The translations under genes were made by a program, and so were the position numbers. From positions 128,001 to 192,000 of the forward strand of contig CAWEMM010000002.1 of assembly GCA_963810095.1 (NCBI GenBank): a stretch of DNA of 64,000 bases, given 5' to 3'. How positions within the stretch are numbered: position 1 is the stretch's first letter; each line of letters begins with the position of its first letter. Origin of the DNA: an uncultured Chloroflexia bacterium (lineage in GTDB: Bacteria > Chloroflexota > Anaerolineae > CG2-30-64-16). Of this stretch, positions 30,190 through 41,136 are shown in pieces. The notes below the pieces were generated by a model that worked only from the letters and a program-made list of their open reading frames with translations, had not been told where the DNA came from and did not search any database.

Positions 30190-32305
30190 TCAGTCGCGCG
30201 TGATGTCGTAGCTATAGGTGGCCTTTTCGGTGGTGACCGGTGCTATTGCCGACACGGCCATGATCACCTCGTCCAGGTCTCCCATGTTCTCGATCTTGAG
30301 CTCGCCAACGCCGTCGGGGCCCACGTTCATCCGCTCGACCGTCAGCGTGCCGTTGCCGATCTCGAGCAACTGCACGAGCCACCGCTGCTGTACCGAGTTG
30401 TCAGTTCGGATCCAGCCCTCCGACGTCCAGCCCGCCTCGCCGCTCTCCACGTCGTCCCGCCAGTTGATTTCGGGGATGCGCAGGTTGTCGATCAGCAGGC
30501 CAGGCTTGTTGACAGCATCGTCGGTGACCATTTCAAAGCGCAGCAGGATTTCCTTACCGGCATACGCGCTCGAGGTCCACGCTCTCGTCGACCCACTCAG
30601 CCTGGTCGCCGCCACCACTGTTGCCCGTCCAGCCGGCGCCAAACGCGTTCCCCACCGGGTTGTCGGTCGTGGTGTGTTTGCCGGGGAGGATTTGCCAGGT
30701 TTTGCCACCATCGGTCGAGGCCTCGACGTAGGCGTAGTCCCAGCCGTCTTCGATCTCGTACCACGCTGAGAACTCCAGCCGGGGCGCGGTCGCAGTCCGC
30801 AGGTCGAGCGGGCGGGTCAGCGTCGAATTGCTTTGATCGCCCCGGTTGGACCACCAGGAGTACGTGCCCTGCGGCGTCGCGTCGACAAGCGGTGCAGCCT
30901 GTTGACCCTCAAAACGGACCGTTAGCGGCTGGCTACCGCTCAGGTGGATGTAATCGACGCCGTATTGGCTCACCTGCGACTTCGCCGACGCGGGATAGCG
31001 GCGATACTCTTCGGCAATCGCCATGGGGAACGGGTCGATTTTCTTGTAACCGTAGCGGCCGCTGGCGTCGGCTTCCGGCGCGTCGACGTAGTTCGCAACC
31101 ACCCAGTCGGCGAAGATGTCGTCGAAGCGTTCGGGCCGGCCGGCCTTCTCGAGCGCGTCGTTGAAGCCCGAGATGCCGTTCTCCGGCGACGCTACCACGG
31201 CCTTGGTAAGATCCTCCCCGAACCGGTCGAGGAAGTAGCGCATGAACAGGTAGGAGGCGCCGTAATGCTCGGTGTTGCCTTGTTCGTTGGGGTCCGACCA
31301 GGTGGTTAGCTGCGTGTCGGGTCGCTGCGCGTATGCGAGGTCGAACCCGCCCACGTCGTAGCCGTTCAGGTCGCTGGCCAATTCCGACATGCCTTCATTG
31401 ACCCATGACGTCTCGTTTCTGTCCTGGGCCCAGTGGATCATGTGCTGGAACTCGTGGGCCAGAGTGCCGTCGTAGAGTGCCGTGTTGGGCGTGGCGTTCC
31501 CCGAGTCGGCTGAGATGTAGAACATCTCACGCTCGTTCGAGTACTCGTTGACCCGTTGTGAGTACTCATCGGAAGAAGAGTAATAGCCCGCAATGGTCTC
31601 GCCGAGCCCACGCGCATGCAGGATGTGCAGGCGAGGATCGCTGTCGACGCCGGGTTTCCATTCACTGCCGAAGAACTCGCGATTCGTCGCGTAGGTTTTC
31701 TCGGTGAACCGGTCGGCCGACGCTTGGAGGTCGCTCTGCTTGTAATTGACACCTTCCTCCACCCAGACGGCGACAACATCGGTCATGTACTTCAATTCGG
31801 CGGTGACGGTCTTGTGTTCCTGCGTGTCGCTGTTCGAGATCCAGAATTTGCGCTTGTCGCCGACCTTGTAGGTGGGCGCGGTATTCGTGACGACCTCGGG
31901 GATATTGCCGGCGCCGGGCTTAAGCTGCATGGCCAGCAGGCGCGGATCGGCCGCCGGCATTTCGCTGTTTTCGAGCATCAGCGTTTCGTCATCCATGGCG
32001 CCCGGCGCTGCGGTCGCCACCGCGGCGGGTTGCGCAGGGGTCGCCGCTGCCGGGACCGGCGTCAGCCGGGCCGCACCCAGTGTGGGCGCTGCGGTCGGCG
32101 GGGGCGCCATCGTCGCAGTCGCTTCCGCGGGCCGGGCAGTGGCAACGCGCGTCACGACCCGCGTGATGCTGACCTGGGGCCGCTGGTTTGAGCGGAACGG
32201 ACCGAGCACGAGCGCGCCGACGCCGCCCACGACGGCGCAATAACAGCATATCAGCAGGGCTGCCACGATCAGGACGATCAGGAGCGTGCGGTTGGGTCTT
32301 TCCAT
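30190..32305 (-). CDS. Membrane-anchored immune inhibitor A / M6-M30-like metallopeptidase, frameshift near 30570
   Basis: N-terminal TM, Pro/Ala linker, LAHEFQHMIH..WVNEGMSE, WYEIEDGWDYAYVE..STDGGKTW, LRFEMVTDD. Confidence 0.88.
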
Positions 32306-32366
32306 TATAACCAATCACCTTTCGGGCACTGTGAGGCTTCGACGACAGTCTATCATACAAGCAGGG

Positions 32367-33095
32367 TCAGGGCCAGCAGGATGCGCCGTTGGGCAGCGCA
32401 CCGCCCGCGTTGCTATGGACGCCCTCGGGGGTCATGTCGAGGTACAGGTAGCCCGCGGGCATATAAAAGAACGTGTAGGCGCGCAGGCAGACCCGCATCC
32501 CCGGTTCGCCGTCGGCCCGCGGCCGCACGTCCTCCAGGCCCACACGCAGGATGGGCGCGGCGGCCTGCTGGTTGTACATATACACCTCGCGCTGCGCGTT
32601 GATCGCCATGCGCAGCGGGTCCCCGCGTGCCTGGGCCTGGGGGGCCGGCAAGAACAGGGGCGAGAGCGCGAGCGGCGCTGCCGCGAGCACGATGACGACG
32701 ACCATCTGCATCAGGAAGGCATGCCGGCTGATCTCACCTACCCGCACCACCACCGTCCGGATCACCGCGCTCCAGGCCAGCACCACGACCAGGTAGAGCA
32801 GCGTGTTGACCGCAAAGCCGGCGGGGAGGAACGTCTCGCCGTCCCCGTCGATCTGCGCGGTCGCAATCGGCGCGCCGGCACGGCCAATGCAGAGGGCATC
32901 ACAGCCGGCCCGGTACGGCTCGACGCGGAACACGGCACTCGACCAGTAGCTCAGCAGGGGCGCGATCAACAGGCACAGCACGACGACGAGCGCCCAGCGG
33001 TACGTCTGTTGCCGCCACCAGATCGCCAGGAGCACTGCGAAAACGACGAGGAGGGCCGCGATGATGATTGCGGCCCAGGGAGGAAGGATCATCAT
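32367..33095 (-). CDS. Hypothetical membrane protein
   Basis: Four hydrophobic segments and several Cys; 4-bp overlap with the stop of the upstream propeller gene. Confidence 0.7.
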   Translation of the reverse strand: MMILPPWAAIIIAALLVVFAVLLAIWWRQQTYRWALVVVLCLLIAPLLSYWSSAVFRVEPYRAGCDALCIGRAGAPIATAQIDGDGETFLPAGFAVNTLLYLVVVLAWSAVIRTVVVRVGEISRHAFLMQMVVVIVLAAAPLALSPLFLPAPQAQARGDPLRMAINAQREVYMYNQQAAAPILRVGLEDVRPRADGEPGMRVCLRAYTFFYMPAGYLYLDMTPEGVHSNAGGALPNGASCWP

Positions 33096-36057
33096 GGCAG
33101 ACAGCCCTGAATGGGTTCGTCCTTGGCGGGGAAGTAGGTGCGCGCGTCCGCACCGTGGGCCCAGATTGTCGGATAGCTCTTCACATTTTCGGCCACGGCC
33201 CACAAATACAGCCTGCTCGACGGGTCCCGCGCACGATCTACCGGGACGTCATTAAACTCCCAGACCGGATAATTGATAACCCCGGCCTGGCGGGTGCCGA
33301 CCGCCGGCTGAGTGCCGAGCGGCCGGGCGACTTCGGAGTCCCACGCGCCGTAAAGCGTGACCGGCCCGCTCCAGTCTGCAGGCACGGAAAGCCGCGTCCC
33401 GTGCTTGAAGAGCGTGACTGCGACGTTGGCCAGGGTCGCGTTTTCGACGCTCGCCTCGGCCCCCGACGCGTCGTGCGGCCAAACGATCTGGATGCGCGCG
33501 TCCACCGCGTCCACCTGGCCGGTGGCAATGCCGCTGGGCACTTGTTGTTCGGGGAAGTACGTCCGGGCATCGGCCGCGTGCGCCCATACGCTGGTCGCCG
33601 TGGCGACCCCGTCCACTGCCGTCAAGAAGTAGATCTTGCGACTTCCGTCTCGTGCGGCCGAAACGTCGATATCGTTCGCTTCCCAGTAGGGGAAGGCCTG
33701 GCCGTCCACGCTGCGCTGCTCGGCAAGTTCCACCAGTTCGGCCGGCTCGTTGTCTATCGCCTGCCAGAGCTGTACCTTGGGCTGCCAGCCGCACGCCGGC
33801 GTCTGCAGGCTGCCGGGTGCGAACAGCCGAATGCCGATATTTGCCTGCTCGGCCTGGTCGATGGGTGCAAAGTCATGCGGCCACAGCACCTCGATACGAG
33901 CATCCACGCCGGCCTTCCCGCTTCGTGTCACGGGCGCGCTCGTCGGCGACCCTGCCGGCGTCGAGGTAGCCATCGGCGAAGGTCCGTTCGAGCCCAGCAC
34001 CCAGGCACCCGCTGTCGCCGTGCCCAGGAGTACGCTCCCGGGGGTTTGGTAGTCGATTGCCAGCGCCAGCCCCAGGTTCTCGCCGAGGCCCGCGCCCGCG
34101 TTTGTCCACGTGTCGCCACCGTCAGTGCTGCGGTACACGCCGCCCCCGTCACGCGCCGCCCAGAGCAGGCCGGGCGTGCGAGGATCGGCCGCAAAGGCGA
34201 GAATCGTGCTTGCAGGGGGCAAGCCCGTCTGAGCAGCCTCCCAGTCCCGCATCGTCGGGTTCCAACGCATCAGGCCGCCGTCTTGAACGCCCCCAAAGAG
34301 CTGGAGTTCACCGCCCTGGCCGTCCTTCACCGGCGCTGCCAGCCAGTCAGCAGTGAACGCCGATGTGCCCGAGCGCTGCATCGTCAGGCCGCCGTCCTTG
34401 CTTTCGCGCACGCCGTCCTGGAGGCCAAACCAGACATGATCCGCGTTCGCGGGATCGACGGCAACCCCGCGTGCCATCTCCACGCCGCCGCCCAGCGAGT
34501 GGATGGGCAGTTCGCGCCAGGTTTCGCCCCCGTCCTCGCTCACCAGCCGGGGTGCCCCATCGACGTATACTCGTTTGCTGTCGGATGGCGCGACGGCAAT
34601 GGCGGTGCGCTTGAAATCGCTCGCGGAGTGCACCTTCCACGAAAGGCCGCCGTCCTTGCTGGCAGCAACGTAGTTGTCGCCCGCGACGTACAGGTTGTCC
34701 GCGTTGTTCGGATCGATCGCCCAGGCCGTGGCGTCGCTCCACGCGCGGCCGCCGTCGGCTGGCAACCACGAACGGCCCGCGTCGCGCGTGACAAGCAACT
34801 CGGGTGGATCGGCGTCGCCGGCCGCGACGAGCGACGCGACGATCGTGGCCGGACGATCCTTGTGCGTCAGAAGCGCCCCGACCGCGCTGTTGACGGGCAG
34901 CCCTACGCCGTACGCCCGCCAGATCGCACCCCCGTCGCTGCTGCCAAATAAGCCGTTGTCTGTCGCGGCCAGCACGCCCGTCCGTCGCTCGCCAGCGCTG
35001 CAAATCCGCGGACCGAACCGCTGTTGAGCGAGCCCTCGAGAGGCTGCCAGCGGCGGCCGCCGTCCGCGCTGCGGTAGGTGCCCGTTTCGGTGTTGAGCAG
35101 AAGCACGTCGGGCGACAAAGCCAACATCGAGCGCAGTTCGGCTGCCCCGCCCTCGAGACCGCTCGCGGCCACATCCGACCAGGTAGCGCCCGCGTCCGTG
35201 CTGCGCCGGACACGAATTGCAGCATTCTGAGATTGGACCAGGAGCGCCGTGTCTGGGCGACCGGGCAGGAACGCCAGCTGTGCCGAACCAGCCGCAGACG
35301 CCGGGACTTCGGAGACGGCGGTCCACGTCGCGCCCCCGTCCGTGGATCGCAGCAAGTCGCCGTTGGTCGTCAGCACGAAGAGGACGCCCGCCTGGGTAGG
35401 ATGCGCCATCAGCCGCGCCAGCCGCGCATTCGGGCCGGCCCCGTCCGCCGACACCGGCTGGCCGGTCCAGCTTGCGCCACCGTCGGCAGACCGGTAGACC
35501 TCGCCTTGTTCCGCGCCCGCCGCATCCACGACCGCAACGAGTAGATCGCGGCCGGCATTTTCCGTGATCGTCCGGATGACCCCATCCGGGCGCGGCAGCG
35601 AGATTTCGCGCCAGGTCGCGCCCCGGTCTTGACTCCGCAAGAGCCTGCTTGCGCGTCCCGGAACATCTTCGCGACCGCGAATGCCCGTCCAAACCTGGCC
35701 GGCGCGGTCTACGTAAAGCGCTGTGATCTCGCCCGGCGGCAGGTCGTTTGTGGCCGGCTGCCAACTCACGCCCCGATCGTGGCTCGCGTAAAGCGCATCG
35801 GCGCGGGCGGGCGTGCCGCCGTCTCGCGACTGTGTCTGGTCGGGCTGCCTGTTGACGCTCACGACGCTGACCGCGTACAGGTCTTTAGCGTCCGGCCCGG
35901 CTGCCAGTTGGGTGACCCGGCCGCCCGGGCCGCCGAGCGGCTGCCACTGGGTTGGACCGTCCTGCGCATGGGCCGGCGCAGCGCGGGTCAGCGGCAGGGC
36001 CAGGATCAGAAAGAGCAGGATTCGCGGGAGGGGTGACACGCGCAATCGGTGGGCCAT
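33092..36057 (-). CDS. Secreted BNR/Asp-box beta-propeller protein with a duplicated C-terminal domain, frameshift near 34990
   Basis: Signal peptide; many SxDGGxTW repeats; two ~125-aa repeats VDARIxxxWPHD...WAHxADARTYFP. Confidence 0.88.
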
Positions 36058-36135
36058 GGTTTCTCCGGCGGTGGCGCCAGCGAGCGAAGCGGCGCGAGCG
36101 TGGTAAGCGGAAAGGGAATCTGGCCCATTCTAGCA

Positions 36136-36185
36136 AAGAAACCAGGTTTCTGCTACTCGTAATCGGGAGCGAAACCTGGTTTCTT
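36136..36185. repeat. REP-like hairpin, GAAACCWGG family
   Basis: AAGAAACCAGGTTTC-N20-GAAACCTGGTTTCTT. Confidence 0.75.
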
Positions 36186-36205
36186 GAAGCGTGAGGGACG
36201 CCGGC

Positions 36206-36991
36206 TTACTTGATGCCGTACACGACCTGGATCTGGGTGGTGTACGTGACCTCGCCCGGCTCGGACGGGGTGCCTCCGCCGCCGAGGCCTTCAGCCTTCG
36301 CCGTCGAGTACATCGGGAGCGGCTGGCTGCCGATAACCTCGCTGACCGAGATCACGTCGCCTACCTGCACGTTGGTCAGGCCGGCCAGCGAGTCGGCGCG
36401 TGCACGGGCATCCTTTACGGCGTCCTGGCGGGCCTGGGCTTCCAGTTGGTCCGTGTTTTCGAGGTTGAACGAGATGCCCCAGACATTGTTCGCGCCCGCC
36501 TTCACCGCGGTGTCGATGACATCGCCAACCTTGTCCATGTCGCGAATCGTAACCTGCACCATGTTGCTGACACGGTAGAAGCCGGCCGGCGGCTCGAACT
36601 TGCCAGGAGTCGCCTGGGCGGTCACGGGCTTCTGGTCCATTTGGCGCTCGAAGTTAATCGAGAAGTTGCTGGTCTGGATATCCTTGTCGGCGATACCCAT
36701 TTGCTTAAGCGCAGCCAGGACGCTGTTCATGCGCGCCTCGGCGTCGGCCATCGCCGCATCGACCGTCGCGCCGAGCGCCTCGACGCCCACCGTCGTGTTT
36801 GCCACGTCGGGCTTAACCTTCACCTCGCCGCGGCCGACCACCGTGATCGTGCGCGGCATCGTGGGCGCGGGGGTCGTCGCCTGCTTGGCGGGCGCAGCCG
36901 CGGCCGGAAGCACGCCGCTGCTCAACACGAGCGCCGCGGCGAGCGTCAACACACCCAATACAACTACCAAACTCGTCTTTCGGACAGACAT
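36206..36991 (-). CDS. SIMPL (DUF541) domain protein
   Basis: Signal peptide; ITVVGRGEVKVKPD, IADKDIQTSNFSI, AGANNVWGISF, AVKDARARA. Confidence 0.92.
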   Translation of the reverse strand: MSVRKTSLVVVLGVLTLAAALVLSSGVLPAAAAPAKQATTPAPTMPRTITVVGRGEVKVKPDVANTTVGVEALGATVDAAMADAEARMNSVLAALKQMGIADKDIQTSNFSINFERQMDQKPVTAQATPGKFEPPAGFYRVSNMVQVTIRDMDKVGDVIDTAVKAGANNVWGISFNLENTDQLEAQARQDAVKDARARADSLAGLTNVQVGDVISVSEVIGSQPLPMYSTAKAEGLGGGGTPSEPGEVTYTTQIQVVYGIK

Positions 36992-37107
36992 GGGAACCCT
37001 CCTCAACTTATCCGGACCACCGGTGTGCTTGCCGTTGTCAGGTCAAGCGCCCTTGTGACGGCAGGTTCTCGAGGTTGGTTCCAAACAGCCAAACGCTTAT
37101 GAACAAC

Positions 37108-37186
37108 AAGACGCAAAGAACCGAAGATTCACGAAGCTCTATTGGATCCTGCCAAAGCTTCGCGAGCCATCGGTTCTTTGTGCCTT
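37108..37186. repeat. Imperfect hairpin with 9-nt periodic (C/A)(G/A)AAG arms
   Basis: ACGCAAAGAACCGAAGATTCACGAAGCT...AGCTTCGCGAGCCATCGGTTCTTTGTG downstream of the phosphoribosyltransferase gene. Confidence 0.65.
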
Positions 37187-37219
37187 CTTATTCCGGATAG
37201 AGGTACGGAACGATGCCGT

Positions 37220-37744
37220 TTAGTTGAACTGGGGTACCCGGGTGTTGAACTCGTCGGGCCCGCGCTGCACCTCCCACGGGTAGACGACGAACCGGTCCGT
37301 GACAGCCGCGTAGTAATCGGGACCTGCCTCACGGAAGAGGTTGCTGCCGGGCTTGTAGTGGAGCACGGCAGCTTCGGCCCGCCCCCCGGCGGCCAGCACG
37401 CGCCCCTTAACGGTCGTGATCGTGCGTCCGTTGGCCCAGATATCGTCGATGATGAGGATATGCTTGTCGCGTAGGAGCCGTTCCTCGGGGAACTGGAGAA
37501 ACATCGGCCACGCCAGTCGGGCTTGACCGGCCTCGGGAAACTGGACGGCAGCCGTCAGCACGTACTGGATCTCGAGCGCCTCGGCGATCAGGCCCCCCGG
37601 CACGATCCCACCCCGCGTGACCATCAGCAAGGAATCGTACGGGCCGCGCAACTGCGGCAGGAGGTAATCGATCAGTTTTTCGACCTCTTGCCAGCTCAGG
37701 AAAGCGGGCGCGCTTGGCATGGTGGGGTTGCTGGGGCTCGTCAT
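37220..37744 (-). CDS. Purine phosphoribosyltransferase-like protein
   Basis: LSWQEV, VTRGGIVPG, PRPP motif ILIIDDIWANGRT, FVVYPWE. Confidence 0.9.
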   Translation of the reverse strand: MTSPSNPTMPSAPAFLSWQEVEKLIDYLLPQLRGPYDSLLMVTRGGIVPGGLIAEALEIQYVLTAAVQFPEAGQARLAWPMFLQFPEERLLRDKHILIIDDIWANGRTITTVKGRVLAAGGRAEAAVLHYKPGSNLFREAGPDYYAAVTDRFVVYPWEVQRGPDEFNTRVPQFN

Positions 37745-38634
37745 GACAACTCCTTGAGGGCCTCGCGCAGTTCTGCGCGTTGGGCGGGGCTCAACTCAAC
37801 CTGAGGCGGACGGACCGCGGTTTCGGGCAGGCCGGCAACTTCGACCAGGGCTGCCTTCGTCGCCGGCTGGAGCGGGAACATATCGAGAACCGTCCGCGCG
37901 GCCGAGAGTTTTGCCTGGGCGGCCTGGGCATCCGCGCCGCTCCAAACCGCGGCCTGGGTGGCAGCTGCCAGGTCGGGAAACACGTTTGCGCCGGCTGTGA
38001 TGGAGCCGTTTCCGCCGCACCCGCACGACTCGGCCACCCGGTGATCGTTGCCGGCAAAATAGGCGAGTTCCGGATATGCCGACCGGAAGTGCGCGAGCTG
38101 GGCGGGGTCCCCGGTCGAGTCCTTTAAGCCAAACAGCACCTCGATGTGGCTCGCATAGAGCAGGTCAAGGATGCCGTCGGTAATGGGCACCGCGGTGGCT
38201 TGCGGAATGTGGTACAGGAGGACGCGGCCGCCTGCGGGCACTGCCGCATCGAAAAGACGCCGGTACCACGCTGCGATGCCTGCATCTGCCGGCTTCTTGA
38301 AATAAAAGGGCGGCATGACGAGCACCGCATCTGCCCCGTGGGCAAAAGCATGGCGCGTCAGGGCGATCGAATCGGTGAGCGCGGGCGAGCCGGTACCGAC
38401 GATGACAGGCATTCCAAGCGCGTGCCCTGCCTCGAGCGCCGTTTCGGCCACGGCCATCCGCTCCGCAACGCTCAGCGACGCGGCCTCGCCGTTCGTGCCG
38501 CAAGGGATGATCCCCGTGCAGCCGCGATCGTGCAGGTAGGCGATGTGCCGGGGAATCCAGAGCAGGTCGATCTCGCCGTCCGCAGGCCGGAACGGCGTCA
38601 CAATGGGGGCGAACACGCCGCGCAGTTCAATCAC
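37741..38634 (-). CDS. Dihydrodipicolinate synthase (DapA-like) family lyase
   Basis: GVFAPIVTPF, CGTNGEA, MPPFYF, LYHIPQ, GLKDSTGD; GTG start with SD AGGAG. Confidence 0.9.
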   Translation of the reverse strand: MIELRGVFAPIVTPFRPADGEIDLLWIPRHIAYLHDRGCTGIIPCGTNGEAASLSVAERMAVAETALEAGHALGMPVIVGTGSPALTDSIALTRHAFAHGADAVLVMPPFYFKKPADAGIAAWYRRLFDAAVPAGGRVLLYHIPQATAVPITDGILDLLYASHIEVLFGLKDSTGDPAQLAHFRSAYPELAYFAGNDHRVAESCGCGGNGSITAGANVFPDLAAATQAAVWSGADAQAAQAKLSAARTVLDMFPLQPATKAALVEVAGLPETAVRPPQVELSPAQRAELREALKELS

Positions 38635-38650
38635 GTCGCTTGCTCCTGAG

Positions 38651-39304
38651 CTAACTTTTGGTTTCCAGTACGGCACGCACCGGCGCACCGTCGCCACCTT
38701 CGACGTACAGCGGGAGGCAGATCAGCCGGTAGGCGCCGGGTTCGACATCCTGCAGGATCAGGTTTTCGACGACGACCATGCCTGCGGGCAGGACCAGGCG
38801 GTGCACGGGGTAATCCGGCGTGGCGTACTCGTCAATCGAAGGGCCGTCGAGGCCGACCAGGCGAATGCGGCGATCCAACAGCCACTGCCCCGCCGTCTTG
38901 TCAAGCGCAACGAAAGCTTCGTCAAAAGGAATGGGCGCCGGTCGAGACGCCAGGCGCCGGCTCATTCGGGCCGAGTTCTCCGTCTTGAGCAGCAGGCGCT
39001 CGACCCCCGCGGGAATGCCGGAACGCTCGAGTTGTTCGCCTGTAATGATGGGCGTGTTGCCCAAATCTGCCAGCCAGGCCGGACCGATCAGGACATCCAG
39101 CGCAAGCCCGTCGACGGCCGCGCCACCCTCCACGAAGTGCAGGGGAGCATCCAGGTGCGTGCCGGCGTGGCTGCTCAGACGCAGCTCGGAGACCATCGAA
39201 TTCCCCCGCTCCTGCCGGATTTGGACCGGCACATCGCCCGGCCACGCCGGCAGGCGCTCGGAGAAGGGCAGGGTAATGTCGATCAGGCGGCCGGATCCAA
39301 TCAT
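38651..39304 (-). CDS. Cyclase / kynurenine formamidase family protein
   Basis: PAWPGD, HAGTHLDAPLHF, VGLDGPSID, HRLVL..VENL, DGAPVRAVL. Confidence 0.92.
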   Translation of the reverse strand: MIGSGRLIDITLPFSERLPAWPGDVPVQIRQERGNSMVSELRLSSHAGTHLDAPLHFVEGGAAVDGLALDVLIGPAWLADLGNTPIITGEQLERSGIPAGVERLLLKTENSARMSRRLASRPAPIPFDEAFVALDKTAGQWLLDRRIRLVGLDGPSIDEYATPDYPVHRLVLPAGMVVVENLILQDVEPGAYRLICLPLYVEGGDGAPVRAVLETKS

Positions 39305-39470
39305 GCCCGATATTGTACCACTCTGCCGCCAAATTGCGTGAACGAGCCTGTCTCGCGGAGCCCAACGGAGGGCGCGCCGGCGCGCGCAGTTTCCCCTTGC
39401 TCGCCGCTGGCGCTATAATCATGCCGCGCCGCGCCACGCCACGTAACGACTGCGCGGCCCAGGAGATCGT

Positions 39471-40814
39471 GTGGGGTATCACCGGCGTTTGCTCACTGCG
39501 GGAATGATCCTTGTACTGCTTCTGGCCGGGTGTGCACCCGCGTCGCTGCGCGTCACCCCAACGCCCCCTCCCACCGCGGCGATAAGTCCCCTTCCCGCGC
39601 CGCTCGGCACGCCCGCCGGACCCATCACGCTGACCTACTGGGAGGAAGACAACGACGCCGCGGACGTCCTGCTCGACGAGCTCGCGGCTGCATTCATGCA
39701 GGCCAACCCCGGCATCACGATTCAGCGCGTCCACTTCGGCTACGACGACCTTCGGAATCAGTTTCGGGCGGCCGCGCTCTTCACCGGCGAGCCGCCGGAT
39801 ATCGTGCGCGCCCCGGGCGAATTTACGGGGCCGTTTGCCGAGCTGCATATCGTCAAGCCCGCGCAAGAGTTGGTGGCGTCCGGCGCTCTGGACGCATTCC
39901 TGCCCGGCGCGTTGGCCGGCGCCACGCTCAACGACCAGGTGTGGGGGGTTCCCGATAACTTCGGCGGGCACCTGATGCTGCTGTACAACAAGGCGTTGGT
40001 CGGCCAGGCGCCTGCCAACTCGGACGCCTGGGTCAGTCAACTCAAGACGCTGACCGACCCCGCAAAGGGGCAGTACGGGCTTGTCTTCGACACCTCTGAA
40101 TCGTATTGGCTGATCCCCTGGCTGTCGGGGTTTGGGGGTTGGCCCCTCGATGCACAGGATAGGCCCGCGCTCGACACTGCGGAAATGGTGGAAGCCTTGT
40201 GGTTTCTGCATGATCTGAAGTTCGAAGACCGGGTCATGCCCGAAAAGACGGATTACCAGTCCGCGTTTGACTTGTTCAGCCAGGGAAAGGCCGCGTACAC
40301 GGTCGACGGCATGTGGAATCTGGCCAAGTACGCCGGGCTCGGGGTGGACCTGGGGATTGCGCTGCTGCCGCGTATCGACAAAACGAAGCAGTTGCCCGCA
40401 CCCATGGGCACCGGTCGCTACTGGTTCGTGGAGAAGGACGTCGCGGGTGACAAGCTGTCCGCGGCTGCGAAGTTCGTCGAGTACATGACTTCCGCGCCTG
40501 TACAGCAGCAGTGGGTGACCAAGATGCGCCGGCTGCCTAGCAGCAAGCAGGCGTTGACCAGCACCGCGATCACCTCCGATCCAACCTTGTCTGCTGCGGT
40601 GGAGCAGATGCGCGTTGCCCGAGGCGTGCCGCCCGTGCTCGAGATGACTTGTGCGTGGCGCGGAATGGACGCGTACTTCGGGAAGGTCATGAACAACGAA
40701 ATGAGCCCGGACGACGTGCCCGCTAAGATGCAGGCCGAAGCCGATAGCTGCGTGAGCGACATGACCCCTGACCCGCAGGTCACGCCGGCCGCCGCTGCCA
40801 GTCCGACACCGTGA
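39471..40814 (+). CDS. Sugar ABC transporter solute-binding lipoprotein (MalE-like)
   Basis: Lipobox LAGC; VWGVPDNFGGHLMLLYNKAL, FSQGKAAYTVDGMW. Confidence 0.88.
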   Translation: MGYHRRLLTAGMILVLLLAGCAPASLRVTPTPPPTAAISPLPAPLGTPAGPITLTYWEEDNDAADVLLDELAAAFMQANPGITIQRVHFGYDDLRNQFRAAALFTGEPPDIVRAPGEFTGPFAELHIVKPAQELVASGALDAFLPGALAGATLNDQVWGVPDNFGGHLMLLYNKALVGQAPANSDAWVSQLKTLTDPAKGQYGLVFDTSESYWLIPWLSGFGGWPLDAQDRPALDTAEMVEALWFLHDLKFEDRVMPEKTDYQSAFDLFSQGKAAYTVDGMWNLAKYAGLGVDLGIALLPRIDKTKQLPAPMGTGRYWFVEKDVAGDKLSAAAKFVEYMTSAPVQQQWVTKMRRLPSSKQALTSTAITSDPTLSAAVEQMRVARGVPPVLEMTCAWRGMDAYFGKVMNNEMSPDDVPAKMQAEADSCVSDMTPDPQVTPAAAASPTP

Positions 40815-40828
40815 GCGCGCACGAAACT

Positions 40829-40842
40829 TTGAATCGATTTAA
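40829..40842. promoter_or_regulatory. Possible LacI/GalR-family operator
   Basis: Near-palindrome TTGAATCGATTTAA with central CG, about 30 bp upstream of a -35 box in front of a sugar ABC operon. Confidence 0.45.
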
Positions 40843-40870
40843 TGATCTACTAAATTAATAATCGCACTTT

Positions 40871-40899
40871 TTGACACGCAGTGCCTGGCGTGCTACCAT
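40871..40899 (+). promoter_or_regulatory. Sigma70-type promoter of the sugar ABC operon
   Basis: TTGACA, 17 bp, TACCAT with TG extension; AT-rich UP-like region upstream. Confidence 0.75.
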
Positions 40900-41136
40900 T
40901 AAGTACTTCCTCAGGCACTGGTTACGCATGGCCGAACACCGTACCTCGGTTGTGTCGCGGTGATCTCTGAAGGGTTTGTGGCGCGTTTGTTCATCGAGTT
41001 GACTCTCACCTTAAGCTGCATTACGTATTTTCTTGACGGAGTGACGTAGCCTGATTGCGCTCCAGTAATGGCAGTCGTAAGCCAAGCTGCGTATCATACT
41101 TCCCGATGTGCATCCAAGAGGAAAAGGAGAAGAAAC

